The notes under the pieces are model-generated. The model had not been told where the DNA came from, made no database searches, and saw only the letters and a list, made by a program, of their open reading frames with translations. The position numbers were made by a program, and so were the translations under genes. Below, piece after piece: positions 52,120 to 64,000 of a stretch of DNA of 64,000 bases (position 1 is its first letter; the number at the start of each line of letters is the position of its first letter). Source of the DNA: Octopus vulgaris (lineage: Eukaryota). The stretch lies in NCBI GenBank assembly GCA_951406725.2, contig OX597817.1:113956001-114020000 (forward strand), written 5' to 3'.

Positions 52120-54964
52120 TGACTTCAGACTTTGGGGTAGAAAGACTCTAAGTCTGGAAAAGGAACATTTTGAAGCTTAAGGATCCTTTGAATGGTCAGA
52201 AATTTAGAGACGTTCTAATTGACAAGAAGATGGAGATAGAGACATATAACATAGAGAACAATGGGAAGTTCCTATGTGACAACCTACTTAGGGTCACAGA
52301 ACAAATTTGACCTAGGAATATATGGTGGAACAATGAAGTAGATAGAGCCATAAGAACAGGTTGGAAGATCTGGAAAAGTGGGGTTACAGAGAACTATACC
52401 AAATAACTTGAAAAGAAGCTTGGTAACACATATATGAGGACCAGGGGCATGAGGTGTTCAGGATTGCAAAACTCAGAGAAAATTGTGCTGTTGTAGAGAA
52501 GCATGTTCAGAGGGATAATGATATACTTGCACTTAGTGATTCTGAAAAGAAAGAGGAAATGCCACTACAAAGGCCTGCTAAATGTGGAGAATTCATGGGA
52601 GAAGAAGAAATTTTTCTAATGTGGACCAAACAGAGGGACCAGCTATTCAAGATGATAGTAGCAAGATAGATAAAGCAATTAAGACTGTAAACATAGGGAA
52701 ATCTCCTGGCCCATCAGGAATTACTGTTGAGATGCTTAATATACCTGGCAGAGTAATAAGGCCTAGTCATCTCTATAGTTAATCAGGTAGTCATGCCCAA
52801 CAACTGGTGCAGCAGCATTATAATCAAATTCTGTGAAGAGAAAAGTGATGCCTTAGACAAGTAATTACAGAGATATCAAATGAAAATTACAGAAAGAGCC
52901 ATAGCTCAACTAATAGGAAGAGAGTTAACCTAGATGAGAAGCAGTTTTGTTTGTGCCAGTGAAAAGCACTACTGAATCTACCTTTCTAGTAAGATGACTG
53001 CAGAAGAACCATTTAGCCAAAAATAAACTGCTCTATTTGGCATTTGTTGACATGAAGAAAGCCTTTGACAGGGTCATTTGCACCTACATCTAGTGGTTGA
53101 TGTGGAAGGTAGGGGTGGATGAGTTGCTGGTGAGAGCTGTCCAAGCCATGTACAGGGATACAGGAAGGTGAAAGTCAGCAATGAGTTAGCATTGAGTTTA
53201 GCATGCAGGTCGGCTCACTAAAGACCAGTTCTCAGCCCCCTCATTTTTATCATAGTCCATCAAGTCATAACAGAGAAATTTAAAACTGGCTGCACATGGA
53301 AGTTCCTCTTTTCTGATGACCTTGTTCTTATAGCTGAATCACCACCTGACCTAGAGAAGGAATTTTAAGTGTGGAAACAAGGACTGGGATCAAAAAGCCA
53401 AAAGCCGAAGTCCTAGTAAGTAGGAAAGCCAACAAATTACTAATTCTTTCAAGGAGATGGTCCTGATTGATATGTATAAAAGATGCAGGTAGAAACTCTA
53501 TACAGTGTCCCAAATGCAAGCAATGGATACATAAGAGGTGCAATGGAGTCTCAGGGTGGTTAACAGAGAAAATAGACTTTATGTTTGGTAAATATACAGA
53601 AACAATAAACACTAAAAAGATACAGGAAATAAATTTCCTCAAATGCCCAAGAGAATCCTTAGAGGTAGTTGACAGTTTCCATTACTTAGGTGACCAAATT
53701 AGCAGTGGAGGAAGGTACTCTGAAAGTGTATTTGCTAGAATAAGAACAGGTTGACCAAAGTTAAGAGAACTATTACCTTTGTTGGTAATAAATGCCCTCA
53801 CCCTTGGTATGAAACACAGATTTTACGATGTTTGTGTATGAACAACTGTGCTAAATGGTAGTGAAACAGAGGCTTTGAATGCAGAGAACATGCAAAGGCT
53901 TGAAAGAAATAAAGTCAGCATGCTCCACTGAATGTACAATATCAATGTGCAGGTACCACAGAAGGTGTGATTTGAGAGAAAAATTGGGTATATGAGGAAT
54001 CAGATGTATGCAAGAGAGAAGAATATTGGTATGGTTATGTAATGGGTATAGATGAAGAGAGCTGCATAAAGAAGTGTCGATCTCTAAATATGGAGGGAAC
54101 CTGTGGAAGAGGAAGACCTAAGAAGACATGGGACAAAATGGTGAAAAATAATCTTCTGATATTGTGATTCACAGAGATGATGAAGGACTGGCACAGCTGG
54201 TGATTTGCTGTACTTCAGAATACATATCCAGCTAAGAAAATTTGAAATCATAGAGGCATGTCCTTCATGTTGAAGCCCCTGTACTCAGTCATTTCCCTGA
54301 TAAACTTCTCCCCTACATTCCACCTTCATAACACTTCCTCCCTCCTCCACTTGTATTCCCCACTCATTGAATTCCCCTTTCCTCACTCTTCCTTGCAAAC
54401 CTTCCTATACACAATGTGTCCCTGCCAAATCTCTTCCTGATATCATACCCTCCTAACATCCCCTCTCTCTACATGTACTCACTCATTAACCCCACCCCCA
54501 TGTTCTACTCTCCTTTTGCAATTGTGAACTTCCCCACCCACGTAGCCACTCCCCATTCAATTTCACTATATAATACATGTCCTGTCACATCTTCACCATA
54601 TCTCTCTCCCTCTCTCCATTCTCTCTCCAACTGAGATAGCCATGGATCTCCTTTATTGCAAGACACTTGTTTCTGTCCCCTTATTCATCTTCTAATCTCT
54701 CATCACTTTGCACAAAACCACCTCCCTCAATAGTACTTCCTGCTTGTCTTGCAAATTATTTGGTGACTCCCATTGCTGCCAGTGTCACTTAAAAAGCACT
54801 CAGTACTCTCTGTAGAGTGGTTGGTGTTAGGAAGGGCATCCAGCTGTAGAAACTATGCCAAAGCAGACAGTAGAGATTAGCACAGTCTTCTAATTTTCCA
54901 GCTCCTGCCAAACTGTTTAGCTCATGCCAACATTGAGGGAAGACATTAAATGGTGATGATGATG
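52120..54964 (+). mobile_element. RTE-clade LINE, long decayed copy with 3'UTR and (GAT)n tail
   Basis: GKSPGPSGITVEML, LAFVDMKKAFDRV, FLFSDDLVLIAES, NSIQCPKCKQWIHKRC, LEVVDSFHYLGD, GRGRPKKTW; same family as 19061-20226. Confidence 0.85.
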
Positions 54965-54966
54965 CT

Positions 54967-55650
54967 CATCGTCATCATTTAACGTCTGTTGTCATGCTGG
55001 CATAGGTTGGATGATTTGACTGGGCTGGCATGCTGGAAGGTTGTGCCAGGCTCCAGTCTGATTTGGCATGCTTTTCTAGGGCTGTATGCCCTTCCTAATG
55101 CCAACCACTCCAAGAGTGTAATGGGTGCTTTTACATACCACTGGTATGGGTGATGTTTGTGTGACACTAGTATCTACCATGACTGTGATTTTGCTCGGCA
55201 TGATGGGTCTTCTTCTCAAGCATGACATAAAGCCAAAGATCTTGGTCATTGCCTCTGTGAGGCTCAACACTGAAAGGAACTCAGTCAACTTGCCTCCATG
55301 AGGCCTAACACTCAAAAGGAAATCAGCCATTTTGCTTCTATTAGGCCCAACATTTGAAAGGAAGTCAGCCACTTTGCCTCCATGAGGCCCAAAGTTCAAA
55401 GGTTGATTTTCTTATGTGCCACCAGCATGGGTGCACTTGGCTTGATGGTCCTCTTAAGCAGAGCACATCGCCAAAGATCTCAGTCATTGCTTCTATGAGG
55501 TTCAAAGTTCGAAGATCATGCTTCACCACCTCGTCCCATATCTTCATGGGTCTACATCAAGCACAGGCTCCCTCCACAGTTAGAGATTGGCACTTCTTTA
55601 CACAGCTGTCCTCATCCATATGCATCACATGACCATACCAGGGCAATTGT
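54967..55650 (-). mobile_element. RTE-clade LINE 3' end, tail-to-tail with the previous copy
   Basis: QERQLPWYGHVMHMDEDSCVKKCQSLTVEG...WDEVVKHDLRTL plus the family tail ending in (GAT)n on the minus strand. Confidence 0.85.
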
Positions 55651-56168
55651 CTCTCTTGTGCACACACATATTTATCTGTTTGTCTCTTTTTTCTCTCTGT
55701 ATGTATGTATATATATGTGTTTGTGCATGTGTGCGTGAATATATATGTGAATATATATGTGGCACATGTACACACACACATACATATATTATTCATTAAA
55801 TGTCTTTTTGCATGCTAGCATGGATTGAATGGAATGAATACATAATTAGTGAGGCCTTGGTTTGCAGCTGAATCTCCATGCTCTCATTAACCCTTATCTG
55901 TTTTTCAAGTCAAGGATTTTTTATTCTGCATGACTTTAGCAGCCTAGAATTACAGGTCAATAGGGAATGTCACTAAACATCACTATCGATTGTAGCTTAG
56001 CAATTTTTAGGTGAAACAAAAGTTAGAAACATATATGGTTACATGTAGATATATGTCTAGCTTCCTACATTTCCCGTCTGTCAAATTCACTCATAAGGCT
56101 ATCCTGGGGTGATGGTAGTTTGTCTGAACATGAAACCACATGCTTGTAAAGTAAACTTCTTAACTACT

Positions 56169-56822
56169 TACACACACACACACACACACACATGCACACA
56201 GGTATACATACATACACATGTATACATACACACATGTATACATATACACACACACACATGTATACATACATAAACACATTTATACACTCATACACTCATA
56301 CACATACACACACACATGTGCACACACACACACACATGTGCACACACACACATATGCACACACACACATGTATACACACATATGTATATATACATATATA
56401 CACACACACATGTAAACATACACATATATGTGTGTGTGCATTTGAAATAACATCACAGAAAACAAAGTGAAAGCAATGTGGTATTTATTAGTTTAACACT
56501 AAATGTGAGATTAAGAAAGTAGACGTGTCTTTGATGTTTAGAACTTAAGCTCTTCTTCAAAATGTTACACCCACAGAAGAAGTGTAAAGGAAGGAAACAA
56601 AAAAAAGGTAATGGAGAAATATATCACGGTCTGTGTGTGTGTATGTATATATATATGTAATATATGTATATATATATATATATATATGTATGTATATATG
56701 TATGTGTATGTATATATATATATGTTATATATGTATGTATATATGTATGTGTATGTATATATATATATGTAATATATGTATGTATATATAAATGTATGTA
56801 TATATATATATGTATGTGTATG

Positions 56823-56853
<31 letters not shown>

Positions 56854-57100
56854 ATATATGTATATATATGTATATATGTATATATATGTATATATATGTA
56901 TATATATGTATATATATGTATATATGTATATATATATATGTATGTATATATATATATGTATGTATATATGCATATGTATATATATATATGTATATATATG
57001 TGTATATATATATGTATGTATATATAATGTATATATATATGTATGTATATATAATGTATATATATAAATATGTATGTATATATATGTATATGTATGTATA

Positions 57101-57162
<62 letters not shown>

Positions 57163-57230
57163 TAAATATATATGTGTGTGTATATATATATGTATGTATC
57201 TATATGTGTATGTAAATATGTATATAAGGA
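56169..57230. repeat. Compound (CA)/(TA)/(TATG) microsatellites; similar arrays at 2780-2877, 4127-4202, 23135-23418 and 63360-63662
   Basis: Direct inspection; these produce the low-complexity YIYI/CVCV ORFs. Confidence 0.95.
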
Positions 57231-57400
57231 GAATTCAAACAAAAAAAAGGTAAAGACAGGTGGTGTAGAAAACCAGCAGATGTATTAGTATAACGCTCGG
57301 GAGGTGAAAAAGTCTTTAACGTTTTGAACCTATGTTCTTCCACAGAAAGGAACACAGAAAGAAACAAAGAGAGAAAATAAAGAATGTGTAGTGGCTGGTG

Positions 57401-57432
<32 letters not shown>

Positions 57433-57588
57433 TTTAAGATCCACAAAGATCAGTGCTTATCTGCAGCTCATGGTGGTCCAAACCGGATGTGCAATCCTGT
57501 GTGGGTGCCTTTTCAGAACATTGCCTGGTTTAAAAAACCCATGATAGTACAGGAGGTGGTCAAACTCTGCATAAGGAGTAGACAACCA

Positions 57589-57592
<4 letters not shown>
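57433..57592 (+). mobile_element. Isolated 3' tail of the zinc-finger RTE family seen at 32860-33045
   Basis: tttaagatccacaaa...ggatgtgcaatc...ttttcagaacattg...tttaaaaaacc...caggargtggtcaaactytgcata.ggagtagacaaccaccatat is shared by both sites. Confidence 0.8.
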
Positions 57593-57634
<42 letters not shown>

Positions 57635-57725
57635 AGAAATGGTAAGACAACAAAAGAATGAAAGAGACCTCGATATTATGTAAATAGAGGGATTTATCTG
57701 TAAATATAATGTGACAATTATTCGG

Positions 57726-57799
57726 TAGCCATGATAAAACTCCGAGTTTCAGATGTCAGGGTGGAAACCCACATCGCTATCTCTTCAGTTATATGGCCA
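57726..57799 (-). ncRNA. Second hammerhead-like motif in the opposite arm of the same palindrome
   Basis: Minus strand reads tggccatataa-CTGAAGA-gatagc...gacatct-GAAA-ctcggag-TT-ttatcatggcta. Confidence 0.55.
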
Positions 57800-57816
57800 T
57801 CATAGCATTTTTTCGA

Positions 57817-57890
57817 TGGCCGGATAACTGAAGAGATGGCGGCATGGGTTTCTGCCTCGACATCCGAAACTCAGAGTTTTATCATGGCTA
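57817..57890 (+). ncRNA. Type I hammerhead ribozyme-like motif (predicted cleavage after 57878)
   Basis: Stem I UGGCC-G-GAUAA / UUAUC-AU-GGCUA; CUGAAGA at 57828-57834; stem II GAUG/CAUC; GAAA at 57866-57869; short palindromic stem III ACUC-A-GAGU; GUU triplet. Confidence 0.65.
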
Positions 57891-58401
57891 CCGAATAATT
57901 GTCACATATTATATTTACAGGTATATATATATATAAATAAAAAGAAATTTGTATGATTCTGTATAGAGGGATATATATTATTCAAAGGAATTCTCACTCT
58001 GTCTGTTTTTTATGTTCTATTTATATTCTTTATAACATTAATGTAGAATATAGAATATATAGTATATGTAGTAAAATGAAATGAAGTATTGATTGTCTTA
58101 TTGAATAGATGAAATATTGAATATCAAATATTAAGGGACTAGTATACTTTCTTGCATTTAAGCAGTCTTCAAGGTCCCAGGTTGTGACAGGAATATTTCA
58201 ACTGTAGTTGACTGGCTGTCTTTTGTCCTTTATATATGTTGCTGTGGATAGCAGTTGTAGTTGTTTGGCTAGTTTAAGAGATGATGCCAAACCATTTTTC
58301 AATGTTTATTTTTAGAAATGATGACGGCAGTACTTTTTAGAGATTTTTTGTGTTTTAGTTATAGGGGTAATATTTTAAAATTCCAAATAAGATTAATTTA
58401 A

Positions 58402-59020
58402 TCATTGTTTGTTAAGCTTGGGTTTGAATTTCTTAATAAAGTCCTTTTCTCTCAGTTTTCTCTCAATTTCATTCAGGTTGTAAAGTTTATGAAATGGGAA
58501 TATCATAAAAGTTTTCTGACCATATGTTGCCAGATGGTTACTCAGTGGTATTTGGCGGACTTCTGGGTTTTTAATTTGTTGTTGATGTACATGCGAGCGT
58601 TCTGATAGAGCATTACCTGTCTGGCCAACATACAGTTCTTCACAATTTGGGCATTTGATGCAGTAGATTAAATTTCTGCTCTTGCAGTTCATGTTCGCGT
58701 TTGTGCATATTTTCCCTGTTTTTGTGTTCATACATGGGCCGGTATGAATTAATTGGCATGTACTGCACTGGCTGTCATTGCATTTAGACACAGTGACTGG
58801 TTGATCTTTGATGCTAAGGTCAAACCTTGCCTTTGTTAATAACTTTTTCAAGTTTTTAGGCTGTCTCTTACTGAGAGTTATAGTTTGATCTGTAATGATA
58901 TTTCTCAATTCCTTACTTTGTGCAATGATTGGTAGGTTTGCTTTAGCGATATTGAAGATGTTCTGGTGGCATGGATTGTGTGTCACTATAAATGGTATGA
59001 TTTGTTCTTGTTTTTCTCTT
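58402..59020 (-). mobile_element. Penelope-like element 3' fragment with open GIY-YIG endonuclease ORF
   Basis: SKRQPKNLKKLL, CNDSQCSTC, NCKSRNLIYCIKCPNCEELYVGQT..LSERSHVHQQQI, RKLREKDFIKKFKPKLN. Confidence 0.9.
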
Positions 59021-60160
59021 CACAATCATTAAACCCAATCATACTACTAATACGGTATCAATGTGTGGACACACACATAGAAAATTGTATGCACATGCAG
59101 CTGCATTCACATATACACACACACTAGTTTCTATGGTTGGATGCTCTTTCTAATGCTAAGGACTTAACAGTATGTATTGAGTACTTTTTTCATGCTACCT
59201 ACACTATTGAGGTTGGCATGCAGCTCACTAGTCTATAAACCCCAAGGGAAAGGCAGAGTTGATTTTGTGCTTGGATATGAAGAGGTTAAAGAATAGAGAG
59301 AACTGAAAAGCAGCATGGTTATTCACATTTAGTAGGTGAGAGAAAGAAAATGATCAGTATGTACTATGAAGAGATAGATTGTGGAGATGAGGTGTCAACA
59401 CACACGAAAAAAGCATCTCTTTCAAACTGAAACAAATTATATTTTAATACTTCAAGTGACAAAGTTTTTCAAATAATATCAGCCTAGCTGCTGCTTTCTG
59501 CCATAAGTGAGTCAGTCAAAGTGGTGCTACTGTTTTCTATAGATGGTGAAATATTTGGATCATATCGTTATCTTTTGTCATATTAAAGGTTGGGAAAGTA
59601 ATATAGCGATGCCTCCAATAATGAACTTGATGAAGACAAGATCTAATAGCTAGGAAAAAGAAAATATGCTTTGCAATTTTTCTCCAAGTTTTTATTTAAC
59701 AGATGAGGGATGAAAAAGGAGAGAAGCAATTGTGAATATGAGATAGAATAAGTTAGAGGGAAAAAGACTGATGGAAGAGAGAGAGAGAGAAAGAAAGAAA
59801 GGTGGAAGAAGGGAGAGGTGAGAAATGAGAAAGGAGAGAGGGAGTTGTTAATATGAGTTAGAATAAGTTAGAGGGAAAGTGTGATGGGAGGAAAAGAGAG
59901 ATGTGAGAACAGAGAGGTAGAAGAAAAGAGAGTGTGTCTGTCAACAGGTGAGGAATGAGAAAGGAAAGAAACGGTGAATATGAGTTAGAGTATGCAAGAG
60001 AGAAAGTGTGATAGAAGAAAGAGAAAAAGAGAGACAATTTGTCAACAGATGAGAAATGAAAGAGAATGGGGAGAGAGAGAGAGAGACAGATGGAAGAAGA
60101 GACAGAATGAATGAGTGGTAGAAAGAGAGAGAGAAAAGAGTGATGGATAAAGGAAGTATC

Positions 60161-60199
<39 letters not shown>

Positions 60200-60839
60200 A
60201 TCAGTTTTTCATAGATTGGTTTTTTTTTATCAGATGATGGCAAGAGACTGTCAAGTTATATGTAGCTATTAAATAACTGTAGCTCTTCGATCAGATAAAT
60301 TTAATCTAATTTTACATTGTCTTTTAATGAACTTTATATTACCTACTCTTTTGTTGTTGTTTTTGGTTTGCTTTGTTTTCTTCCTTTATCTTATTACACT
60401 TCTTAAGTTCTCGGCACCAAACTCCAAATGTGAAGTGATATCAAATGAATGTAATTTATCAGGAATTGTTAGGGAGCAGTGAAATATTAGACAGGTAATT
60501 TTAGTGAAAGAGGAATCAATGTAGGTTCCTCTGGAAGTAGATTTTGGCAGGAAATCTTAGTAATTATTTCATGTGTAGACAGACATCTTTGGAGATAAGG
60601 TAATGTCTCCAGGCAGCCATTAACAGAAAACTTGTTAACATCTAATAGATGCAGGCATGGTTGCGTTATTAAGAAGTTTGCTTTGCTTCACTGCTGTGTT
60701 TTTGAGCTTGATTTCACTGTGTTATGGTGAGTGTTTTCATCATGATCATCATAATCTTAATGTCCACGTTTTCATGCTTACGTATGTCGGACAGAGTTTG
60801 CAACTGGCTTTTGGTATTGACCACATGTAACAATACTCT

Positions 60840-61460
60840 TCATATTGGGGGCAGCTGCTATATGATAATTTCACTGAATGCCTATTAAATATTTTCCTGT
60901 ATCTGTTAGTGGCTGGAAAGTGTTTGTCTCGGAGAGACAGGAATCTTTTACCTGTGTTAGCTTTTATATCAAGGGAAAAGGGAGGGGTGAACCAGATAAT
61001 TTTCCTTGGCCTATTTTTAGGTTTCATATTATCCTGATTAATACTAGAGTTGTTATGTACTACTTTATCTTTGATGCCACTAGATCTGTTATTAATATTT
61101 TGATTATTATTACAGGAATTATATATTAATTTATCTTTGAAGCCACTATTGGTTAGGGCCTTGTTAGGGGGTAGCTTTCTTGAAAATTTCTTTGGAAGAA
61201 GAGAGGTTAGACTCTTAGTTACTAATATTACCTATCAGGTTTTTAAATATTACAGGTGAGTGACAAGACTGTTTATGCATATATGTGAGTTTCTCATTAG
61301 GCTTATGGAAAAGTTTATACAAGGAGTTTAAATATAGGGAAACATCTAAATAATCAACTATACAGAGATTAGTAGCTACTGTAATTTTAAGTCCTAATTG
61401 ATTAAAGGTAGAAATTAGTTGCTTCCTAAATCTATCAAGGGTGTGACCATCACACCCATG
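60840..61460 (-). mobile_element. Penelope-like element fragment of a different family
   Basis: LDRFRKQLISTFNQLGLKITV...VDYLDVSL...KPNEKLTYMHKQSCHSPVIFKNL and [11 protein letters not shown]...KHFP...[16 protein letters not shown]. Confidence 0.8.
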
Positions 61461-62640
61461 GGAAATACCCAAACCGTATATGACTGTCTTTTTGTTTATA
61501 CCTACCAAATCCAGGGTTATAGTATAAGACACTTGCCCAAGGTGCTATATCATAGGACTGAAATCAAAAACATGTTTTGTTGTTGTTATTATTATTATTA
61601 TTTGCTGGCCAAAATGCTTAGTGGTATTTCGCCTGTTGCTATGTTCTGAGTTCAAATTCTGCTGAGATTGACTTTGCTTTTCATCTTTCGGGGTTGATAA
61701 ATTAAATACCAGTGAAACTCTGAGATTTGTGTAATCGAATATCCTCCTCTTACAAAATTTCCAGCCTTGTGCCTATAGTAGAAAGGATCATCATCATCAT
61801 TATTATTATTATTATTAATATATCTTCAGACATGGTCTATCCTTCATCAGTTGCCACCCAAATATCATCATAATTTCAACATTGTCTTGTAATATTGTTA
61901 ATTTTAGTGGTGTTAGCTACATATGCTGCTTGAGTATAAATGAGCAGACATGATAGATGGACACAAACAAAAGTAATTAGATAAATACAATAACAAGAAA
62001 AAAGAAGCCTTTAGACTAAAACATAAAAAGAAGTTACGAGAGGGTGAAAAAACATATGAAGTAAAAGAAGCAAAAAGGACAGTAACTTCAATTTCATACA
62101 TACAAGGCACTTATCGTTTCTGTCTGTCAAATTCATTCTCAAAGTGTTGCTTGTCCCAGGGTTATAATAGAAGGTGTCATGAAGTGGGACTGAACTTGAA
62201 ACAAAATTGTTGCGAAACAAACTTCTGAATCACACAGCCATATATGAATATAGTTAAACATTTAAAATGGATGTTTCTATTTTTTTTATTTGGTTATTTA
62301 TTTAAATATTATTTCTGATTTTTGTTTCCATACCTTTTTTTTTTAAGATTATTTATCTTTTTTTTTTAATCTTAGTTTTGTTTTTTTGTCTTAATCTTTC
62401 AACATAAATCGTGTTAAACTTGTAATCTGAAGGTTTTTAGCATGGCAAAAACAAAAAAAAAGGCAAAACAATCAAACAAAACAAAGAGCAAACAAAATAA
62501 AAAACAAAAGTGCAGAATCAAAAATCAAAATAAACTTTACTGATTTTATTAAAAATTTTTTTTTGTGTTTTACATTTAATTTTCACTGTATCATTTTTGT
62601 TTTCTTCTTGTTCATTAAAATAAAATGTCATTGGGAAAGT

Positions 62641-63150
62641 TATGGTGGTGGTGGTGGTGGTGATATATATAGCTTAATGTGGTAATGGATGTGGTGGTGG
62701 TGGATGTGCTGGAGGTAATAGTGTATATGGAAGATGTGATGACAGTGGTGGATGTAAAGGTGGCAGTGGTGGATATAGTGGTGTTGGTGGCTGCGATGGT
62801 GGTGGTGGTGGTGATGGTTGCGATGATTGGTTACTCAATCAACAGTCACAATGATAATGGATGCAATGATGATGATGATGATGATGATAGTGGGGATCGT
62901 GGTTTCAAGCGGTAGTTATGGATGTGGTGGCGATGGAGATGATTGTTGTGGTGCTGGTGTTTTTGATGGTGGTGGTAGTGGTAATGGTAGTGTTTGTGTT
63001 ATTTAATGTGGTGGTGGTGGTGGTGGTGTGCCTGTGATGGTGATGTTAATAATGGTTGTAGTCGTGATGGATTGTGGCCCCCCCCACCTGCCCGTAGTGT
63101 TTGTGCTGGGTGGATTAGTAAATCTGGTGTTTATTGTGGTGGTGATAATG
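62641..63150. repeat. Degenerate (GGT)/(GAT) low-complexity tract
   Basis: Direct inspection; source of the poly-V/D/W ORFs. Confidence 0.85.
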
Positions 63151-63472
63151 TGGATCATAAGTCTTATTTTTCAATCTTATTATTTTTTGTCTTTCCATAT
63201 TTTTCTTTCTTCTAATTGCATCTGTTCATCTGTTGGTGGAAGAGTTTTTAAGTTTGGATTACTTAACAAGAATCGACAGCAAAGTACATTGTCTAGTTAT
63301 CTAAATGTGTGCATATTTGTTATGTTTTCTGTGTTTTTTTTTCTGTAAGTATGTACTGTGTGTGCATTGTATGTATGTGTGTACACATGTGCATATATAT
63401 ATATATATATTTATAAATATATATATGTAATTATACATATGTATATAGATATATGTATGTCTGTATATGTAC

Positions 63473-63503
<31 letters not shown>

Positions 63504-63509
63504 TGTATG

Positions 63510-63554
<45 letters not shown>

Positions 63555-63627
63555 CTGTATATGTACATATGTGTGTATGTGTGTATATATATATATATAT
63601 ATGTCTGTATATGTACATATGTGTGTA

Positions 63628-63662
<35 letters not shown>

Positions 63663-64000
63663 TGTGTAAATGTGCATATAATATATGGCTGGATTAGAGA
63701 AGTGATGCAAATTCTGTGGAATGGACTTTTAATCAGCTCAGTAAAACATGTGTAAATTATTGAATCCAACTGTAAAAAAAAAAAAACATGCTGTTTTCTT
63801 TATTTTTTCTTCTTTTTTTCTGAATAAACTAAAAGAACAAAGAAGATGTAAAGGAGGAGAAGCAGAAGTTGTTAGTGTATTTGTTAAATGTATTGACCAT
63901 ACATACACAGTGTGATAATGACAGAACACAAATCATTGTGTTTTTTGGTAGATTTATTTCAGTTATCATCCCCTAATGTTTGGCTACATAAAATAAAACA

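Noticed and set aside
62679-63348. Val/Asp/Trp-rich ORFs
   Set aside because: Products of degenerate (GGT)/(GAT) repeats.
23021-63769. Long ORFs of YIYI/CVCV/HTHT type (e.g. 23021-23626, 56565-57242, 63301-63769)
   Set aside because: They are translations of (TA)/(CA)/(TATG) microsatellites, not genes.
59540-64000. Candidate downstream PDSS2 exons (about 59543, 60398, 60463, 63963)
   Set aside because: Translations do not resemble the PDSS2 C-terminus or contain stops; the remaining exons are probably beyond the window.

Overview
This is AT-rich, microsatellite-laden eukaryotic genomic DNA, most likely an octopus (inferred from the tRNA-derived SINE families and repeat landscape), so most of the ORF track is noise. 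The only recognisable host gene is PDSS2 (non-catalytic subunit 2 of decaprenyl-diphosphate synthase, CoQ biosynthesis) on the + strand. Four coding exons splice in frame (25185-25516, 35032-35160, 40366-40558, 42776-43024; 301 codons); exon 2 is missed by the ORF track and I could not find the 3' exons in the window. The rest is layered mobile DNA: Meta-, CORE- and V-type SINEs; RTE, CR1-like and HERO LINE remnants; three Penelope-like fragments; mariner, hAT, piggyBac-type MITE and ISL2EU-like derivatives; and a Gypsy gag relic. The most notable observations are: a palindrome carrying two back-to-back type I hammerhead-like ribozymes (57698-57920); an internally deleted convergent SAP/SWIM plus THAP transposon (44500-45623); several short templated insertions copied from nearby DNA; a 2.3-kb foldback just upstream of PDSS2; a young GC-rich CR1 inserted inside a SINE; and a candidate spliced minus-strand micro-ORF. 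I found no convincing wholly new biological system.
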